In this document: one piece after another, positions 57,613 to 64,000 of the stretch
Layout of the letters: every line of letters begins with the position of its first letter
How positions within the stretch are numbered: the first letter of the stretch is position 1
Assembly: GCA_022486815.1 (NCBI GenBank)
Contig: JAKVJW010000011.1
Coordinates: 16,514-80,513, forward strand
Source of the DNA: Prevotella sp.
GTDB taxonomy: Bacteria; Bacteroidota; Bacteroidia; Bacteroidales; Bacteroidaceae
Length of the DNA stretch: 64,000 nt
Direction of reading: 5' to 3'
Notes under the pieces: model-generated
What the model saw: the letters and a program-made list of their open reading frames with translations, nothing else
Told to the model about the DNA's origin: nothing
Databases searched by the model: none
Program-made: the position numbers and the translations under genes

Positions 57613-59304
57613 ATGAAACTGTTGGATTTTCCAAATTTTGGGAGGAGTAGATCTTTTGTTACTTTACCATGGCTAATACCCTTGTTTTTAAGTGTTTTTT
57701 CTGTTTCATCTTGCGGTGAATCAGGGCAGGATGTTGGCTTGGAAAAGGATTTTGAGCAACTGGATTCTGTCGTGGCTAATCGTTCTCAGTTTATTAATCA
57801 TAAAGAATGGGATATTTCAAATCTCAAAAAAGAGATATTATCTTGTACGACACCTTCAGATAAATATGTCTATAGCAAGCGGTTGTTTGATGAATATATG
57901 AAGTTTAATCCCGACTCGGCGTTTTTTTATTCTAGTATGACTCAGAAATATGCTTTAGAAGGTGGTATGCACCCGGAATACCTTCAGGCAAAGATAGATG
58001 CTTTGTTGTTGACAATTCTTAGTGGTGATTATTATAAAGCAAAGATCGCAATTGATAAGATGGGGCCTATTGAAAGTTTTCCTAAGTTTGCCCGTCCGAA
58101 ATTAGCTATGGCATATCTGGAATTCTATATGCGCCGTCAGTATATTTCGGGAGGAAAAACCGTAGATAATTCTAATATGTCCAGAAACGAATGCTGGAAG
58201 GCTTATGGTAAATATCTGAATCCAGGGGATTGGGTGTACGATTATTATAAGAATTGTATTCTGAGATGCAATAACCGGAATCATCTCCTCAGGGATTTCT
58301 CAAAAGTCCAGGAACCATCTATTGTGGCTGCAATGCTTGCGTATGCCATTGCTGTAACTTATGAAGATGAGGGCAAGGAAGAGATGTATTATCATTGGCT
58401 GATCCGTTCAGCAACTAATGATGTGGTTTCGGTTAATAGGGAAACTCAATCGCTTATCACGCTGGTCAGAACCCCCTTGGTCAATAAAAATAGTTCCCGG
58501 GCATTCAACTATCTAATGGTATGCACGGATAATGCATATTATTATAAGGATTATGGTCGTAGTCTGGCAATATTGAATGCGCATCAAGCGATTACGAAAA
58601 GTGCCGTTAATAGTCTCAGACATAAAAATGCTCTGCTGATGTGGATAGTTGCCTTACTTTCCTTGTCCGCAGTAGTTATCACGGTTCTTCTCTATGTCAT
58701 TATCTCGCGTAGACGTCATTTGGCTATGGCTCTTTCGAAAATGGAGGATATGAATCAGCAGCTGCATACTGTGGTCAATCAGAAAAATGCCATTGAACAA
58801 CAACTGAAACAAAATAACATTCAACTTAAAAAAGATATTGATTACCGGAATAGTAATTTTATAGATGTGTACAAACTTGTGTCAGAATACATCTCAGTTG
58901 TAAAGAATTTCAGGAAATCAATTTTTAACTTGATTACTGCGGGGAAAGTGGAGAAAGTCAGAAAAGAATTGGCATCAGATAACGCAGAAGAGAAATACCT
59001 TCATCAATTTTATGTTCAGTTTGATAAAGCTTTTCTTTCTTCTCATCCTGATTTTCTGCAACGTTTTAATGTCCTTTTGAAGTCAGATAACCAACAGTCG
59101 TTGACAGAAGATGGTGGACTGACACCTGAACTTAGGATATATGCTCTGATCAGTATTGGTATTACTGACAGTATCAGTATAGCTCAGTTTCTGCATTATT
59201 CTCCTCAGACTATTTATAATTACAGGTTAAAAATGCGTCTTCGGGCTGTTGTAGGGAAAAAGGAATTTTCAGATTCTGTAGTGAGGTTATATGAAAAGAA
59301 ATAG
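57613..59304 (+). CDS. Membrane-spanning transcriptional regulator (DUF6377-like)
   Basis: Periplasmic helical region, TM helix, coiled coil, FDKAFL...LTPELRIYALI.IGITDS..IAQFLHYS.QTIYNYR HTH; TACATTTG promoter at about 57583. Confidence 0.85.
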   Translation: MKLLDFPNFGRSRSFVTLPWLIPLFLSVFSVSSCGESGQDVGLEKDFEQLDSVVANRSQFINHKEWDISNLKKEILSCTTPSDKYVYSKRLFDEYMKFNPDSAFFYSSMTQKYALEGGMHPEYLQAKIDALLLTILSGDYYKAKIAIDKMGPIESFPKFARPKLAMAYLEFYMRRQYISGGKTVDNSNMSRNECWKAYGKYLNPGDWVYDYYKNCILRCNNRNHLLRDFSKVQEPSIVAAMLAYAIAVTYEDEGKEEMYYHWLIRSATNDVVSVNRETQSLITLVRTPLVNKNSSRAFNYLMVCTDNAYYYKDYGRSLAILNAHQAITKSAVNSLRHKNALLMWIVALLSLSAVVITVLLYVIISRRRHLAMALSKMEDMNQQLHTVVNQKNAIEQQLKQNNIQLKKDIDYRNSNFIDVYKLVSEYISVVKNFRKSIFNLITAGKVEKVRKELASDNAEEKYLHQFYVQFDKAFLSSHPDFLQRFNVLLKSDNQQSLTEDGGLTPELRIYALISIGITDSISIAQFLHYSPQTIYNYRLKMRLRAVVGKKEFSDSVVRLYEKK

Positions 59305-59314
59305 ATGAAATGCT

Positions 59315-60310
59315 TTATTGTCCTCCTAATCTGCTGAAATAGGTGATGATCTCATCCCAAGTCTTGAATTCATCACTGCCATATTGCAGATTGGTTCCTA
59401 GAAAGTTTTCATCCGGTTCCGGGTCAATAAAGTAATCTCCGTAGAGCAGATTCTTTCGGCTCGTAAAGATGAGATGATTATAGGCAGGGGCATTCAGGTA
59501 CTCTTCCACCCAGGTTCGGATTCTTCCTGTTTCTTCCACATCATAGTTCGGGGCTGTAGCTACGATGTAAACTTGATAATGTTCCAATAAGGTTTCGTAG
59601 GCTTTGTGCATGCTTGAAGTGGGATGTCCATAATGATCGTGCAGGGCGTCATAATGGATGTAGAGTATGGGTCTTTCTTTTCCTTCCTGCTTGTCGTCAA
59701 TCCACCGAATAACAGGAATGAGATAGTGCCATGCTACTTTGTCAATCAACCTATGTTCACCATGAAAACGAATGGCATTCTTGTAATGTTCGTGAAATAA
59801 ATCAAAAGTATGTACCACTGGGTCCTTGTCTCCGAAAAGCCCATAGACCTTATCTTGTTCTTCCGGCGTTACAGATGTAAAGCAGTGATTGGAGAATTCT
59901 GTATATTCCTTGATAAGCGATTTGGTTACCATGAATTCCTGTATGCCATCCTTACGGGGGTTCATGAATGTCTGTTTACCTGTCAGGTTTGACATCGTGT
60001 CACCCATGCGAAAAGCAGGGTTGACCAGAATCCGGTCAAAACCATACAGAAGTTCTCCGTACATTCCTCCCATAGACGAACCGATAATCAGATCCGGCTT
60101 TACCTTTTCTGCCAGTTGCTTCAGGAATGCTAAACCTTCTTCCGGATGTAATGGAATATCTTCACAGATAAAGTTGGCATCAGGTATCAACTGCTTTAGC
60201 AATTTGACTGTACCTGTCTGCCCGGAAGACATGAATCCATGAAGATACATGATCTTCTTGCCTGACATCAAATCCGGGAATGATTTGATATATGAATTTT
60301 CCTTTTCCAT
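59315..60310 (-). CDS. YqiA/YcfP-like esterase fused to a degenerate 5'(3')-nucleotidase-like domain
   Basis: YLHGF.SS, GSSMGG, NPA; C-terminal LIFT.RKNLLYGDYFID. Confidence 0.8.
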   Translation of the reverse strand: MEKENSYIKSFPDLMSGKKIMYLHGFMSSGQTGTVKLLKQLIPDANFICEDIPLHPEEGLAFLKQLAEKVKPDLIIGSSMGGMYGELLYGFDRILVNPAFRMGDTMSNLTGKQTFMNPRKDGIQEFMVTKSLIKEYTEFSNHCFTSVTPEEQDKVYGLFGDKDPVVHTFDLFHEHYKNAIRFHGEHRLIDKVAWHYLIPVIRWIDDKQEGKERPILYIHYDALHDHYGHPTSSMHKAYETLLEHYQVYIVATAPNYDVEETGRIRTWVEEYLNAPAYNHLIFTSRKNLLYGDYFIDPEPDENFLGTNLQYGSDEFKTWDEIITYFSRLGGQ

Positions 60311-60417
60311 ATCTTTAAAAGTTAATTCACTTGCAAAGGTACTAAAAGATCAGAGATTTAAGTAAACCTCATGAGAAAAAGAAGGTGTTCATACCTGTTA
60401 TAAAGGTATGGAAATCT

Positions 60418-62235
60418 TTATCTCTTGTAAAAACTGTTGAGGTGTTGCATAGCTTTCTTAAATTGGCTGACGTTAATGTGATAATCCGGCATCGGATTCA
60501 GTTTGCTGTCTGTCACATTCAGTGAACCGTCACCTTCATGATTCAGGATGGTATCGCCCTGAATGATAAAGGCGTACTGCAGGTCTCCGCCTGTAACTTC
60601 CCAAGTTCGGGATTGATGATCCCACAGGTAATGGCCGAAACTGTAATCAGAAGGTGGATTCTGTACTCCCAGACAATGATACATTAAACTAGGAACAATA
60701 TCGTAATGGGTGGTCCTATAATGGTATTTGTGAGGTTTTAGGCCTGGAACGTGTACCAACAAAGGTGTACAGACTTGCCAACGAGAGAAGTTGCCGTTGT
60801 GTCCCCAGTATCCCTTGTGGTTCTCATTGAACTCCTGTGCATGGTCACCGGTGATGATGATAATAGTGTTCTTATCCATTCCGTTTTTCTTGAGAGCGGT
60901 AAAGATCTGCCCGATAAGTTGGTCGATCTCGTTGACACAGTCTCTATAAAGGTTGAAGAATGGTGTGGGATTCATGTCATTACTTAATTTGGAATAATCA
61001 GCAAAGGTCCATGCTGGTTTGAACTTTCCTTGTTTGTTTGCAGGCAAGGCAATAGCATGGGCAAGGTCATAAAAGGCCATGGAGAAGAATGGTTTTCCTG
61101 AATGTTTCAGTTCTGGTAATTCCTTGATCAGATCTTTCGTGATACGTACATCCCGGTCATAAGGAGTTATACCTGGTGTATGTCTTTGCAGATGAGGAAC
61201 ACGTTGGAAAACAATACGTGCGAAAGGAGGATTGTCCAGAGTAGCACTCGCATGGATATGAATACCATAGCCCTCGCTGAGCATCTGGTTGATGAACAAA
61301 GGACTGACATGGCCACTTTCCATGGCATTCCAGTAAATTGAAGGAATACTGAAGAAGAGGCCGAAAACGGCATAGCGGGTGCCATTGCTGCTGCTGAAAT
61401 GATTGTCATACCATTGGTTTTCTTTCGCAAATTGATATACGGATGGCATAGTCTCTGGGGTAAGGGTGCGTTTGTTCCAGGAATCAATAAGGATAAAGAT
61501 GATATTCGGCTTTTTGGCATTCTTTACTTTTAAAGGATGAAGTGGATAATTGATTTCGTTTCCTCCTGTGCCTTCACGTGCGATCTGAGCTTCCGTAGGT
61601 TGCTTGAATCCCATCTTAACAAGTTTGCGATTGGCTTCAAGTGGAAAATAATAGGGAATAATGCGTGTACTGGCTATGATGGATGACTTCTGTACGAACG
61701 ATCCGTAAACATGCATGATGTTGGCAAAAAGAAGGCAACCGATGAGGATGCATACTGAGATGATCTTTAACCGTCTGGAGAAATGGATTTTCCTTGTCAG
61801 GAACCACAAACCAATGCAGATGCCTATAGCGATTAGAAATCCGAATGATTCTTTTACATAAAGCCAGGGACTGAAATCGAAGATTTCGTTTGATCCCGGT
61901 CCGAATACCATATTCAGAATGATGCCGTTCAGATGAAAGCGATAGAGCCGGAAAACTTGCAAATTGATCAGGCATAGAACAGATACCAGACAGACGGCTG
62001 TGATAATCAGGACTGGTGCAACTTTCCTGGCACCCAGAAAATATTCAGGTATAAAAAATACCAGGAAGAGTGCGGTAGTGATAAGTGCAGAATGACTGAG
62101 ACAGGAGGTTATGAAATAAAGCCACCCGGAAAAGTCCATGATCTGACGTGTGACATCAAAAAAGATGTAGATAAACAACAATATTGCGAGGAATAATGTC
62201 GATAGAATGTAATAAGAGAAAGCTTTAGACTTCAT
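60418..62235 (-). CDS. YejM/PbgA-like membrane sulfatase-fold protein (DUF3413)
   Basis: About five N-terminal TM helices, YRFHLNG, INYPLHPL, IDSW, SSSNGT, TGDH..EFNE...WGH. Confidence 0.85.
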   Translation of the reverse strand: MKSKAFSYYILSTLFLAILLFIYIFFDVTRQIMDFSGWLYFITSCLSHSALITTALFLVFFIPEYFLGARKVAPVLIITAVCLVSVLCLINLQVFRLYRFHLNGIILNMVFGPGSNEIFDFSPWLYVKESFGFLIAIGICIGLWFLTRKIHFSRRLKIISVCILIGCLLFANIMHVYGSFVQKSSIIASTRIIPYYFPLEANRKLVKMGFKQPTEAQIAREGTGGNEINYPLHPLKVKNAKKPNIIFILIDSWNKRTLTPETMPSVYQFAKENQWYDNHFSSSNGTRYAVFGLFFSIPSIYWNAMESGHVSPLFINQMLSEGYGIHIHASATLDNPPFARIVFQRVPHLQRHTPGITPYDRDVRITKDLIKELPELKHSGKPFFSMAFYDLAHAIALPANKQGKFKPAWTFADYSKLSNDMNPTPFFNLYRDCVNEIDQLIGQIFTALKKNGMDKNTIIIITGDHAQEFNENHKGYWGHNGNFSRWQVCTPLLVHVPGLKPHKYHYRTTHYDIVPSLMYHCLGVQNPPSDYSFGHYLWDHQSRTWEVTGGDLQYAFIIQGDTILNHEGDGSLNVTDSKLNPMPDYHINVSQFKKAMQHLNSFYKR

Positions 62236-62410
62236 TTTAATCGATTGAAAAACTGTGCAAAGTTAGTAAAAAACAATAAGGATGTTATGGATTCTTCAAA
62301 TATCTTTTCGCATATTTGTTTTTATATAGATAATTTCTACAAAATTATGCTAAATTACTGACTATAATCGATAATTACCTGACAAGAGAATATTCTGTTT
62401 AATGAATGAA

Positions 62411-64000
62411 TTAGAATTTCCATTTGACCTGAATCTCCATATCAGTTATTGTACTTTTATTGACAAGTTGATAACTGCTGGAGATATGGTTTCTGTCAAA
62501 ATAATCTGTAGTTCCAACCTTAAGAATAACCAGAAGATCCTTATTAATAGGAGTTCTTGCCATCATGGTATAGCGTATACCTCTGCCGCTGAATGAAGGA
62601 AAAGAGAGTTGGTAGAGTAATCCTGGTTCGTAGCTATACAGCCTGCTGTCATAATCGGCGGTATGAAAATAGTTAAAACTTCCTTCTATGGCAATATTCT
62701 TACAGGCGTAACTTATTTCTTCTGAGTTCATGTATCCTGTGCTGTGTTTTCCAAAGCGATAATCTGATAGGTTAAACTGTGTCTTACAGGACAGAGGACC
62801 TTTTACATATCCTATAGTTATTCTTCCTTTATGCTGTGTGTATTGGCTGGGATCAGTGTGATCTTTGCTGGATTTGCTTTTGATCTTCAGTCGGTACTGC
62901 GTAAAGATATGCCAATGGTTTGTAGCCCAGGTAAGGGATAACATTTGATCCCATGAATGTGCATTGGCAGGCATTTGATAATTGGGCCATGCGAAATAGG
63001 CATAGTCCGTGTAAGTCATCATATTGAGATGACGTGAGAGGGACCAGTTGACTCCGATATAGATGCCGTTTTCGTTCTGGATATGTCCGCCTTCACTGAA
63101 ACTATTGCTGAAAAGGGAATGATATTTGTAAGAATAGAACCGTTGCAAAGCGATCAGAGAGAGCTCTTCTGTGAGTAAGACCGAGACAGAGTTGATGGTG
63201 GCGATGGCATGGCAGTCTCCTGTTGCGGTCTCTCCCTCAAAAGTGAATCGCCTGCTGAGATAGCCATAGTCTGCACTGATGTTATAGAATGATTTTCCGA
63301 CGGGAGAGTAACGGCGATAGATGGCTCCTGTTTTAGGTTGGAGTGCTTTGTCCAGATTACAGGAGAAAGCTGTGAATCCTGTATGGAATCCATTTTGAAA
63401 CCAGTTGAGATGTCCGCCGATAACGGTTTCGGATGCATTGTGTTTTTTATCCATCTCTCTTTGGGTACGGTGATAACCTGTCTTGAGGATTGTCGCAATC
63501 GTATTGGTATCCTTGTTGAGTGTAGCATCAATTTTCCGATACGAGACAAAGGTAGAAAGATCCAGCCCTTTAACGAGTGTTACGGTGGCTGCAGCACCTT
63601 GCATATAATTTGCTTCTGACAGAGAAGAATGAGCCCGGATCTGTCCATTGTTTTGTCCGATATGATTGAGTATCGTGAGTTTTCCTAGTTCAAAATTGTT
63701 GTTGATAATCAATCCTAATCCGAAACGGAGTCTGTACCGGCCTAATGTCAGGTTCTTTAACCGGCCGAGTTTTTGAATCTGGAAATAGAGGGAATAATAA
63801 TCATATCCCCATTTGTTTCGTCCTGCAAAGAATGGCTCTCCTGCATCTTGAGAGGCAGTCAGGCCGAACTTGATGAAGTTGCTGTAATGGAATTGGTATT
63901 TGATCCAGTGCTTGTAGGGGTATCCTAGATAGCCTTCCCGGTCTCCCTTACGACGATAAAAGGGAATCTTGACTGCTGCTACCGCTTCTTGTTTGCCATA
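62411..64000 (-). CDS. ComEA/helix-hairpin-helix-associated outer-membrane protein; 5' end lies beyond the window
   Basis: Frame is open to the window edge (QDAGEPFF, YDYYS, G.YRLRFGLGL, NENGIYIG, SRLYSYE, terminal WKF). Confidence 0.75.
   Translation of the reverse strand, partial: YGKQEAVAAVKIPFYRRKGDREGYLGYPYKHWIKYQFHYSNFIKFGLTASQDAGEPFFAGRNKWGYDYYSLYFQIQKLGRLKNLTLGRYRLRFGLGLIINNNFELGKLTILNHIGQNNGQIRAHSSLSEANYMQGAAATVTLVKGLDLSTFVSYRKIDATLNKDTNTIATILKTGYHRTQREMDKKHNASETVIGGHLNWFQNGFHTGFTAFSCNLDKALQPKTGAIYRRYSPVGKSFYNISADYGYLSRRFTFEGETATGDCHAIATINSVSVLLTEELSLIALQRFYSYKYHSLFSNSFSEGGHIQNENGIYIGVNWSLSRHLNMMTYTDYAYFAWPNYQMPANAHSWDQMLSLTWATNHWHIFTQYRLKIKSKSSKDHTDPSQYTQHKGRITIGYVKGPLSCKTQFNLSDYRFGKHSTGYMNSEEISYACKNIAIEGSFNYFHTADYDSRLYSYEPGLLYQLSFPSFSGRGIRYTMMARTPINKDLLVILKVGTTDYFDRNHISSSYQLVNKSTITDMEIQVKWKF

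Overview
64-kb chromosomal window from a Bacteroidales bacterium, most likely Prevotellaceae (TAnnTTTG -7 promoters, SusC/SusD, HTCS, HIT-greA synteny). Housekeeping genes are mdh, manC, a lactonase, HIT, greA, a Dna2-like nuclease-helicase, guanine deaminase, a YejM-like protein and tRNA-Leu(CAA). Four accessory modules stand out. (1) A CysL/YeiE-type LysR followed by a class-2 DHODH paralogue that has lost most pyrimidine-binding residues, plus a hydrolase. (2) A PUL with two divergent GH127s, SusC/D, an HTCS and an S9 peptidase. (3) A four-gene dlt-like aminoacyl-transfer operon (A-domain, carrier protein, MBOAT ending in FIYIQF, SGNH protein) near the tRNA, in a diderm without teichoic acid. 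(4) A SusD-less locus with GH3, four Ser-type sulfatases, an atypical TonB receptor, its own anSME, a carboxylesterase and a DUF6377-like regulator. Non-coding features include a sigma-54 promoter with enhancer, a candidate ~65-nt sRNA antisense to start-codon regions, a greA leader terminator, short repeat arrays and several gene remnants. All calls are from motif recognition by eye; no database searches were run.
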